Shown one piece after another: positions 38,795 through 46,769 of a stretch of 64,000 bases of DNA. The position numbers and the translations under genes are program-made. Origin of the DNA: Patescibacteria group bacterium (GTDB taxonomy: Bacteria > Patescibacteriota > Dojkabacteria > GCA-002793355); assembly GCA_016860985.1 (NCBI GenBank), contig BOKM01000001.1:317716-381715 (forward strand), written 5' to 3'. A model generated the notes under the pieces. It was not told the DNA's origin and did not search any database. It saw only the letters and a list, made by a program, of their open reading frames with translations. The stretch's first letter is position 1. The number at the start of each line of letters is the position of its first letter.

Positions 38795-39889
38795 TCAACT
38801 TTTCTTCTCAAAACCCAGAATTGCTGCTAACTGCTTAACTAATTGAATAACAACGGCAGGTGGCAACAAACTGTAGAATTCTTGTGTTCCATCTTGTACA
38901 GTCCAAAGTTCCTTGTGTATTTCAACTTTCCCCTCTGCGTCATGCGTATAGCGACATCCGGACGTGCATTCATACTCATCTACGTACGAGAGAGCTTTTT
39001 CTTTTTCAAGAGAATTAAACAGCTCAATTTTTGGTATTCCGTATAACTTTCGCGCACGCTTCATTACTTCGATATCGGCAAGCACTCGTGATTTAATCGT
39101 TTCGATCCCTAAATGGTCGCCTTCTTTTGTTACCATACGCCCACCTTTACAATCAGGAAGATCACAAATCAGGTAGTATTCATCTTTTTCTGCATCGTAT
39201 CCAAGTTCTTTTGTTGGAAGGAGCGCAATATTTCGGGAGTTACCACATGTTAAGCAGGTGCGTCGCTGCTTCATTCGCTCGTCTAGTACCGTAATTGGAG
39301 CATTTATAAGAATAAAGACGTCGGGATCATTTCGATAATTAACGAGCTCTCTAAAATAAAGTGAATAAGAGACCTGATCCAGGTTTCGTGGAAAACCATC
39401 AATAAAAAGTGTCTTCTTCTCGTATTTTTCGATTGCTCTACGAAGCATAACCATAACTAACTCTGTAGGGACCAATTTCTCTGTAGTACGCCCGCTTAAG
39501 GCATCAAAAGCTTCATCTAAATGCATATCACCACGATAGTTAGCCTTTGCATATGCGTAAATTTCTGAATCTTTGCCACCTTCTCTATATTCGATATCTG
39601 CGGCACGAACTAAATCTCCCACACTTATATGTGTAAAAAGCTCAGTGCCGAAAATCTCTTTTAACCCATTCATGTACGTACCTTTGCCCGCTTGTTTTGG
39701 CGCAAGCCAGTAGCCAAGAAAAGTCTTTTCACGAAAATAATCACGTAAGTACTCGATTTCTGGGCCAACCTTTTCTTGATAGTATTCCCTTCTTCCCACA
39801 TATGAGTCTAAATCGTAAGTTTTCCCGTTCTTTGTTGAAGATTGCAACCAATCATAAGAGACTGAATATTCGTACCATGGTTCCTTCAT
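38795..39889 (-). CDS. nucleoside-monophosphate (adenylate) kinase-like protein with about 130-aa N-terminal extension and Zn-finger LID
   Basis: P-loop-like AGKGTY; NMP-kinase signature LFIDGFPRNLDQ; LID with four Cys (CLTCGN...CDLPDC). 364 aa, versus about 190-220 for adk. Confidence 0.5.
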   Translation of the reverse strand: MKEPWYEYSVSYDWLQSSTKNGKTYDLDSYVGRREYYQEKVGPEIEYLRDYFREKTFLGYWLAPKQAGKGTYMNGLKEIFGTELFTHISVGDLVRAADIEYREGGKDSEIYAYAKANYRGDMHLDEAFDALSGRTTEKLVPTELVMVMLRRAIEKYEKKTLFIDGFPRNLDQVSYSLYFRELVNYRNDPDVFILINAPITVLDERMKQRRTCLTCGNSRNIALLPTKELGYDAEKDEYYLICDLPDCKGGRMVTKEGDHLGIETIKSRVLADIEVMKRARKLYGIPKIELFNSLEKEKALSYVDEYECTSGCRYTHDAEGKVEIHKELWTVQDGTQEFYSLLPPAVVIQLVKQLAAILGFEKKS

Positions 39890-40033
39890 GTGAAAAAGTG
39901 TGAAATTAAAGGTATTGTAGCACGAGATTTGTGATTCAGAAAAAATGCGTTACAATAACCTCCCTAATAGCCTGTCCCGAGTATAAACTACTCTGGAGAG
40001 TCAATTCGGAAGGATAAAATTAATAGAAAAGGT

Positions 40034-40342
40034 ATGCCCCTACCGGGAGCTTCAGCTGATAGACTTTCACGCTTGCGCGAAATACAACGTAATCGACCGA
40101 TGTTACTTGAACCAATGTCAAATCGAGTACACGAAATACTCGAGGAATCAGAAAGAGTTGTGATTATCGACAATATCTGGATAAGCGCGGATAACACGCA
40201 CGTAATTGCTACAGGGCAAGCGGCACACGGCACAGACAAAGGACATCTACAAGCGATACTATTTGCAGCGGGTGACCCTAAAGATGTAAAAATGACAGCA
40301 GACTCTTTGTTTTTGGTAAGGGTGTACCCAAAGACGCTTTAG
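40034..40342 (+). CDS. hypothetical small protein
   Basis: 102-aa ORF. Competes with an antisense 83-aa ORF. Convergent 4-nt overlap with the receiver gene. Confidence 0.3.
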   Translation: MPLPGASADRLSRLREIQRNRPMLLEPMSNRVHEILEESERVVIIDNIWISADNTHVIATGQAAHGTDKGHLQAILFAAGDPKDVKMTADSLFLVRVYPKTL

Positions 40343-40779
40343 TGTGCAATTTCTTTGATAGCTGGAGGAGCAAAACGCTCAATAAACTCTCTTGTGACTT
40401 CTTCCAAACCACCTTCTTTTGTTGAACCTGCACGTGAGATACGAACTTCTAATACATCCTTCTCCATTAAATTGCGATACAAGTATTTTTCTACAAGAAT
40501 TCGCATTCGAGATTCCCAGTTTAGCTCATCATGTTGAGTATTCACCAATACGGGGATTTTATTCTCTACACAGACGGCTATTACACCAGCGACATGTTCT
40601 TCGTTCTCTAGGTCAAAATCAACGAGTGCCATATTAATAGCAATCGAATTTTCTGCAACCATTCGAGATGCATCATCAACCGTTTGAGGTAGAAAGACTG
40701 TATTACCAGCACTTAAAAGAAGTTTTGCCGCAAGCATTGCTTCTTGTTTATTTGTATCACACACTAATATCGTTGCCAT
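40339..40779 (-). CDS. stand-alone CheY-like receiver-domain protein
   Basis: 146 aa. Acidic pocket ILVCDTN, phospho-acceptor-like VDFDL, conserved Lys region. No output domain. Confidence 0.5.
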   Translation of the reverse strand: MATILVCDTNKQEAMLAAKLLLSAGNTVFLPQTVDDASRMVAENSIAINMALVDFDLENEEHVAGVIAVCVENKIPVLVNTQHDELNWESRMRILVEKYLYRNLMEKDVLEVRISRAGSTKEGGLEEVTREFIERFAPPAIKEIAH

Positions 40780-40839
40780 ACTCTTTATTTATGCAGGGCA
40801 GCATAATATTAGATTTTCGCCGAAGCAAAAAACAAAATA

Positions 40840-40913
40840 TGCACCCAGAGGGACTCGAACCCCCAACCCTCAGTTCCGAAGACTGATGCTCTATCCAATT
40901 GAGCTATGGATGC
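40840..40913 (-). tRNA. tRNA-Arg (anticodon TCG)
   Basis: Hand-folded from the reverse complement: acceptor GCATCCA/TGGGTGC (one G-U), D arm GCTC/GAGC, anticodon stem TCAGT/ACTGA with loop CTTCGGA, T loop TTCGAGT. 74 nt, no CCA. Confidence 0.85.
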
Positions 40914-41014
40914 AATACGGAATTATACTACAAAATCACTTTTTCTTGAATTTCCATAAAAACGCAGACTTCGGGATTGAAGACGAAATTACCTTGTTTG
41001 ATGTATACTGATAC

Positions 41015-42808
41015 ATGAAAATCACCTATCGAGTAAATAAAGACAAGGCGAGCAAGAAGCAGATACTTGAAGGTGTTCGCAAGGGTAACCAACCGACACA
41101 AGAACAAGTACAAAAGATTCGCACAGAAAAGCTTAAAAGATTTGACCCTACACGCGTTTTTCTTTCGGTTATATTGGTCTTTCTTGTCGAAATTCTTGTA
41201 CTCTACCTTGTCAACTTCCCTGTTGTTCGTTGGTCTTTAGACTATTTTAAAAATCCCGAAGGGCAGCTGCCTAAAGTCGTATATCAAACTATTAAACTTC
41301 AATTTGGCAATGAGATTTCAACCGAGACTCAAACAGAAGTTAAAAACAAACTCTCTGAACTTACATTCGAGGGTAAAAAACGTTTTGAATTTGTAACTGA
41401 AAATGCCGATGTAACACTAACCTACACGGCAGAAAAACCAGAGGGCACCTATTTGCTTGGGGAATATTACATCGTTCCTGTTGGGCATCTTTACTGGCTC
41501 AGAGACTCCATGACCAAAGGGAACTTACAGCAAGACGAAGTGTTAGTGCCTGCAGGTACCAAGACTTTATATGATGAGGTACTCAAGAAATTTGGCGAAA
41601 AAGCGCCTAAAACAAAAGAAGCTCCTGATTTACTTGCTGCCTTAAAGGGGCAAGAAAAATCGGTGGGATTCATTTCGGTAAACGACATCAATGCCCAGTA
41701 CAAGCTCCTTTCTTTGGAGGGTTCATATTTTTACGAAGATGCACCAAAAGGTGGCATTCCATACTACCTCACATTAACTGGTAATTCTGTAGTTGCTAAA
41801 AATCTTATCAAAACGAGAGCGAGTGCTGTTTTTCCTGAGTCTTTTAACGCAGACTCACTACTTTCGGTAAGAATGACTGGTGTAACTGCGATTACAAGAG
41901 GGCTTGGTATCAAAACAAATGCCTCGAAAGACCCTTCGTACGCTGCACGAAAAATTGGTGATTTTCTCAGTAAAGCAGATCTTACTCATGTATCAAACGA
42001 GATTTCAATGACAAATGGTTGTGTACCAACTGGTGGAGTTTCTTTCTGTATGGTTTCTTCTCACCTTGCTGCGCTAAAAAAGAGTGGCGTTGATATTGTC
42101 GAACTTACCGGAAATCACAATAACGACAAAGGTGCAATTTACAACGAATCTTCAATTAAAACATATAAAGGACTTGGTTGGGATTACTTTGGTGGGGGTT
42201 TAAACTCTACCGACGCAGCAAAGATTCTCTATAAAGAGTTAAAAGGTTCAAAGGTTGCGTTCGTTGGCTATAACTACTACGACACTGTATTAGGAACAGG
42301 AGCAATTGCCGGCAAAACCCGAGCAGGTGCAAACTCTTGGTCAGCCTCGAAGATAACTAAAGATGTTGATACTGCCAGAAAGAATGGTGCAGATACCGTA
42401 ATCGTTACTTTTCAGTATCAAGAGTGCTGGAGCTATACCTCCGACGGTTCAACGGTACAGCAATGCTACGGACCAATTTCATCACCAAATCAGAAAAAAG
42501 ATTTTAGGCAGGCAGTCGACGCAGGTGCTGACATTGTAATTGGTACGCAAGCGCATCAACCCCAAACCTACGAAATTTATAAAGGCAAGATTATCTTTTA
42601 TGGTTTAGGGAACCTTTATTTTGATCAAACCGAACAACTTGGTACAAGGCAAGGGCTCATCCTTACACATTACCTCTACAAAGGCGAATACTTGGGAACT
42701 CATATAACAACAACCATTTATGATGGTGACCTTCTCACATACGTCACCACAGGTTCACAACGAACTTCCCTTCTAAAATCGCTCCAAACTTGGAGACCAA
42801 AGAATTAA
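41015..42808 (+). CDS. CapA/PGA_cap-family metallophosphatase-like protein (poly-gamma-glutamate capsule-type), membrane anchored
   Basis: N-terminal TM. C-terminal half carries the PGA_cap-like pattern (GNHNNDKG, GTQAHQPQ, GLGNLYFDQ). Confidence 0.5.
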   Translation: MKITYRVNKDKASKKQILEGVRKGNQPTQEQVQKIRTEKLKRFDPTRVFLSVILVFLVEILVLYLVNFPVVRWSLDYFKNPEGQLPKVVYQTIKLQFGNEISTETQTEVKNKLSELTFEGKKRFEFVTENADVTLTYTAEKPEGTYLLGEYYIVPVGHLYWLRDSMTKGNLQQDEVLVPAGTKTLYDEVLKKFGEKAPKTKEAPDLLAALKGQEKSVGFISVNDINAQYKLLSLEGSYFYEDAPKGGIPYYLTLTGNSVVAKNLIKTRASAVFPESFNADSLLSVRMTGVTAITRGLGIKTNASKDPSYAARKIGDFLSKADLTHVSNEISMTNGCVPTGGVSFCMVSSHLAALKKSGVDIVELTGNHNNDKGAIYNESSIKTYKGLGWDYFGGGLNSTDAAKILYKELKGSKVAFVGYNYYDTVLGTGAIAGKTRAGANSWSASKITKDVDTARKNGADTVIVTFQYQECWSYTSDGSTVQQCYGPISSPNQKKDFRQAVDAGADIVIGTQAHQPQTYEIYKGKIIFYGLGNLYFDQTEQLGTRQGLILTHYLYKGEYLGTHITTTIYDGDLLTYVTTGSQRTSLLKSLQTWRPKN

Positions 42809-42824
42809 ATTAATACTCAGTCAT

Positions 42825-43424
42825 ATGAAATACAAACTTTTGCCACTCCCCTATGCTTACAATGCTCTTTCCCCGGTTATTTCGGAAGAAATCATGACAC
42901 TTCATCACGATAAGCATCACGCAGCCTACGTGACAGGAGCGAATGCAGCGCTAGAAAAGCTAGAGAAAAACCGCTTAGGAGAACTCCCCGAACTAGATAT
43001 AAAAGCAACACTCCGAGACTTAAGTTTCCACGTATCTGGACATCTACTTCATGAACTATTCTGGAAGTGCATGGTACCAGCTAGCGGAGCAGATATCCCT
43101 GATGTAGTAGTACAGCAACTTAACAACTCATTCGGAAGCGTGGACGCCTTTAAAAAACAATTTAGTGCCACAGCAAAAAGCGTAGAAGGATCTGGTTGGG
43201 TAGTTTTATATCAAACGCCACAAAACGAACTTCTCCTATCTAGTGTCGAAAAGCACAATCTCAACCACCTTCCTGGGTATACTCCTGTGCTCGCACTGGA
43301 TGTCTGGGAACATGCTTATTACCTTGACTACAAAAATGATCGCGGAGCATATGTCGAAAAATGGTGGGAAATTGTGAATTGGCAATATCTTGCGACCTTA
43401 CTTACCACTTCGTCACATGCTTGA
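42825..43424 (+). CDS. sodA: Fe/Mn superoxide dismutase
   Basis: LPYAYNALSPVISEEIMTLHHDKHH and metal-ligand signature DVWEHAYYLDYKN. Confidence 0.9.
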   Translation: MKYKLLPLPYAYNALSPVISEEIMTLHHDKHHAAYVTGANAALEKLEKNRLGELPELDIKATLRDLSFHVSGHLLHELFWKCMVPASGADIPDVVVQQLNNSFGSVDAFKKQFSATAKSVEGSGWVVLYQTPQNELLLSSVEKHNLNHLPGYTPVLALDVWEHAYYLDYKNDRGAYVEKWWEIVNWQYLATLLTTSSHA

Positions 43425-43920
43425 GGCAATCGAACTTCCCAAGAGTGTGACCTTGACATCGACTGAGCCAGGAAATACCCGTTACCTACGTGTAGAAGGC
43501 GATACACTGCAATCGTCCAGAACCCCAGATTTTGTGAAGCCACGAGCCATCGGGATTATGGTTTTCCTTGGAAAAGGTGAGCACCCAGAGTTAGTACAAT
43601 TGTTAAAAGAAAAACAGTACGACTCAGGAGTTGTACGTATTGTCGAAATGAGAGAGGGCCAACCAGTTATTATTTCATCGTATAGAGAAATCAAAGACCC
43701 TGACAATCTCTGTGTGGGTTTATATGACAAAGGAACGGAGCAGGTTACACAAACGTTTACTGCTCATATCGAACCCCAAGCCGGTGATTATGCTATTGGT
43801 ACAACCTACTATGTACCTGGCGCCACATGGAATATGCGAGAATACCGATATATTGTTAATGAAGTAACTGATATTTCTACAGCACGCGCTCAAATTCGCT
43901 TGGCAAAGGCATTTCAATAG
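43390..43920 (+). CDS. hypothetical protein
   Basis: 176-aa ORF overlapping the sodA end by 35 nt; no motif. Confidence 0.35.
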   Translation: MRPYLPLRHMLEAIELPKSVTLTSTEPGNTRYLRVEGDTLQSSRTPDFVKPRAIGIMVFLGKGEHPELVQLLKEKQYDSGVVRIVEMREGQPVIISSYREIKDPDNLCVGLYDKGTEQVTQTFTAHIEPQAGDYAIGTTYYVPGATWNMREYRYIVNEVTDISTARAQIRLAKAFQ

Positions 43921-43925
43921 CTTTT

Positions 43926-44600
43926 TTACGATACATTTTCGACTTTATACTGCCCTACCACTCCAGCCATAATGAACTGTGACACGACTGCCGCAGGCAA
44001 AATGCCAATGCAGCACGCGACAAAGCCCGCAAACGAAAGAGCTGAGCTTACTGCCATAAAGATAAAGTATCCAACAACAATGCTCCACGTATTCTGCTGC
44101 CAAACTTTTTTGTAATTTTCAATTTCAAATAAACTTGAGATAGTATTTGTTTTTGCATAGATCGCATATGCCATAAAGTAAACAAAGGGGAGCACTAAGG
44201 AGGTAAGAGTTTGGACAAGAAGAGACAAAAGTTGAATCCCCAAAGAGAACACCAATTGATACGATGAAGAGACCTCTGCAAGTATGCCCCCCAATATCGC
44301 GCCACCAAACATTACAATACTAAAGAGTAAACCAACAATCATAGAAAGCGCAAAAGTTAGCAATATCAAGGGGAGACCGTCTTTCCAGTAATTCCCTGTG
44401 ACATCTGGCAAAGTGTAATCCCCTTTTTGGATATTTCGAATCAAGGCGAGCAAATAGCCCGTCATATAAGGCACTACATAGAAAATAGGCAAGAATAAGA
44501 AGCAGGAGAGTATGTAAAGAGATAAGGTGAGCACCGTTGGCCAAAACTTTGCATCTTTGGTGTACCATGTGAGTGCTTTTGAGTAATCCATTGTTTCCAT
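43926..44600 (-). CDS. polytopic membrane protein (DUF4013-like)
   Basis: Five or six hydrophobic helices; no catalytic motif. Confidence 0.4.
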   Translation of the reverse strand: METMDYSKALTWYTKDAKFWPTVLTLSLYILSCFLFLPIFYVVPYMTGYLLALIRNIQKGDYTLPDVTGNYWKDGLPLILLTFALSMIVGLLFSIVMFGGAILGGILAEVSSSYQLVFSLGIQLLSLLVQTLTSLVLPFVYFMAYAIYAKTNTISSLFEIENYKKVWQQNTWSIVVGYFIFMAVSSALSFAGFVACCIGILPAAVVSQFIMAGVVGQYKVENVS

Positions 44601-44618
44601 TCTATGTTTTGTAAAAAT

Positions 44619-45188
44619 TTACACTGGTTCCAGTATTCTACCCGCTTTGTGTTGACAATCCAATAGTGACATTGCAGTTTTCGTACCACTTTGCGGACGA
44701 TAATAATACACAACTGCTCTAGGAGTATTCATATGGTTTTCTGCCACTCCTAAAATATGGAATACATCGTTACTGTCTACAACTTTTTGCGTTCCGCACG
44801 TTGCTGACTCCACTTGAATCGCACCACTTATATGCTCGTTTCTAAAATCAATACAGTGCGACAATCTTTTAGGATTCACATTGTAAGGAGCCACAAAGGA
44901 GTCAATATGAAATCGACACTCTCCCCCATTAATTGCTCCGACAGTAAATTTCGAAAGCCCCCTTGTAAATGTAATTCTCCCTAAAAAAGGAAGACCTTTG
45001 CTTACTGCGTAATTTACCATATTAAGGGCAGAAGCACCGGTTATGTGTATTCTTGCAGCCTCAACTACCGACGTAAGTGTAAGTTCGGGCAGAGAAGAAT
45101 ATTCAACCGACTCACCGAAAAGTGCAGCAACAACCTCACAATCAGTTGGGCAGCGATACTCAGGTGATGGTTCCGTTATCCGCGACAT
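44619..45188 (-). CDS. hypothetical protein
   Basis: 189 aa, Cys/His-containing; no family recognised. Confidence 0.35.
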   Translation of the reverse strand: MSRITEPSPEYRCPTDCEVVAALFGESVEYSSLPELTLTSVVEAARIHITGASALNMVNYAVSKGLPFLGRITFTRGLSKFTVGAINGGECRFHIDSFVAPYNVNPKRLSHCIDFRNEHISGAIQVESATCGTQKVVDSNDVFHILGVAENHMNTPRAVVYYYRPQSGTKTAMSLLDCQHKAGRILEPV

Positions 45189-45226
45189 GCTATTTTGAAT
45201 TAACAGTTCAGAGCGAGTTAAAGATC

Positions 45227-46543
45227 TTAATACTTATACTCTTCTCTCTTAAACGGTCCCTCTATTTGCACGCTCAAATATTTTGCCTGTTCCGGAGTTA
45301 GTGTCGTAAGTTTTTTTGTAATTTCAGGAAAAGAGTAACGAGCAACATCTTCATCTACCTTTCGTGGAATTTGATATATCCCCACCTTCTCAAACTCCTC
45401 CGGATGCTCTTCCACATAGAGTAAAGAAAGTATATGTGTTGTATAGGTTGTACCCATTACCGTTGGCGGATGTCCATACCCTGCATACAGGTTCAGAACA
45501 TAGCCATCACATAAAATATAGAACTGCTTGCCGTTGTAGGTATAACGCACGCAACTTTCGTTTAATCTTACCGCCTCTATACTCTTCTGATTTGAAACCC
45601 ATGCCGCGTTAACTTCTTGATTATGCTCACTCATATTCATAAGTACTGCATTATCCTTCACATCTAGGAAATCCTGCTGATCAATGGTATTGATACAACC
45701 AGTAGCAGTAACAACAATATCGCTATTTCGCAATGCAGTCTTTTTGTCTTCGATTCGATAACCTTCCATATGTGCTTGCATCGCCATTATTGGGTCAATT
45801 TCAACTATTGAAACGTGGGCCCCCATACCTCTTAACGCTTGTGCTGCGCCTTTTCCGACTTCTCCAAAGCCGAAGACAACGGCTTCGGTTCCTGCAATCT
45901 GAATATTAAGAGAACGTTGTATTCCTTCTAACATTGATTCTCTACTTCCATAAATATTGTCAAACTTTGATTTTGTAACACATCCATTGATATCAACAAC
46001 TCTGAAGTATAGTCCCGATTGATTGATAAACTCGCTAAAGTATTTATTTACACCACAGGTCGTTTGCTCAAATATTACCTTTATTTCAGGTAATATCTCT
46101 GGGTAGTTTTTATGGAGAAACATTGGGAGCTCAGCTCCATCGCTAATAATATAGCGCGGGGCAATAACTTTACCGTTACCGTCTCTAAACTGTGCTAGAT
46201 GATATGCTTCATCGTAATCTTCCTCAGTCATATGGCGATAGCCATACACAGAAATACCGTTACTCACAAGGTATGCCGCAGCCGCATCAATAGTGTAGTG
46301 TAAACTGTCAGTGACCCAACGCAAATCTGCACCAAGATCTTTTAGTAACATCGCGAAGTTTGCACATTCGTAGGTAATCACCCCTGCACCAAGGATTTTT
46401 ATCCCTTTTAATGGCTGTGTACCCATATACTTTTCGCGCACAACCCTTAATCCCGGCATTTGCTTTAAGGCTTCTTCACAATAAAGCTTTCCAGATGCTG
46501 CTAGAGAAATATCTTTAATCCAGTACCCTTCGGTCTTATCCAT
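45227..46543 (-). CDS. ahcY: adenosylhomocysteinase (S-adenosyl-L-homocysteine hydrolase)
   Basis: NAD-binding VVFGFGEVGKGAAQALRGMGAHVSIVEIDPIMAMQAHMEGY and downstream DIVVTATGC, closely matching SAHH. Confidence 0.9.
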   Translation of the reverse strand: MDKTEGYWIKDISLAASGKLYCEEALKQMPGLRVVREKYMGTQPLKGIKILGAGVITYECANFAMLLKDLGADLRWVTDSLHYTIDAAAAYLVSNGISVYGYRHMTEEDYDEAYHLAQFRDGNGKVIAPRYIISDGAELPMFLHKNYPEILPEIKVIFEQTTCGVNKYFSEFINQSGLYFRVVDINGCVTKSKFDNIYGSRESMLEGIQRSLNIQIAGTEAVVFGFGEVGKGAAQALRGMGAHVSIVEIDPIMAMQAHMEGYRIEDKKTALRNSDIVVTATGCINTIDQQDFLDVKDNAVLMNMSEHNQEVNAAWVSNQKSIEAVRLNESCVRYTYNGKQFYILCDGYVLNLYAGYGHPPTVMGTTYTTHILSLLYVEEHPEEFEKVGIYQIPRKVDEDVARYSFPEITKKLTTLTPEQAKYLSVQIEGPFKREEYKY

Positions 46544-46619
46544 AAGTAGGTATTTTAAAATAGTACGGGATTATCTTCGTTTTCATAAACATTGTAAAGA
46601 GGGAGAGTGAACTGTGAAA

Positions 46620-46693
46620 TGGACCTGAGGGGAGTCGAACCCCTGACCCCTTCAATGCGAATGAAGTGCTCTACCAAACTGAGCTACAGGCCC
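46620..46693 (-). tRNA. tRNA-Ala (anticodon CGC) with G3:U70 identity pair
   Basis: Hand-folded: acceptor GGGCCTG/CAGGTCC with G3-U70; D arm GCTC AGTTTGGTA GAGC; anticodon stem CTTCA/TGAAG with loop TTCGCAT; T loop TTCGACT. A TATAAT box lies about 18-23 nt upstream. Confidence 0.8.
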
Positions 46694-46769
46694 GTAAAAG
46701 ACATTTCGTAATTATACAGGAAACGCAGCGACCATAAAATGGCCGCTGCGAATACCCTGCACCCGTTTG

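Noticed and set aside
36727-40033. CIRCE (TTAGCACTC-N9-GAGTGCTAA) heat-shock operator upstream of grpE-dnaK or the three-gene cluster
   Set aside because: A by-eye scan of the intergenic segments found no convincing match. Only weak fragments (tagcacgag) are present.
39988-40239. 83-aa minus-strand ORF antisense to the 102-aa plus-strand ORF
   Set aside because: The two are mutually exclusive. The plus-strand ORF is longer and abuts the receiver gene convergently. Neither is strongly supported, and the minus ORF was not listed as a feature.
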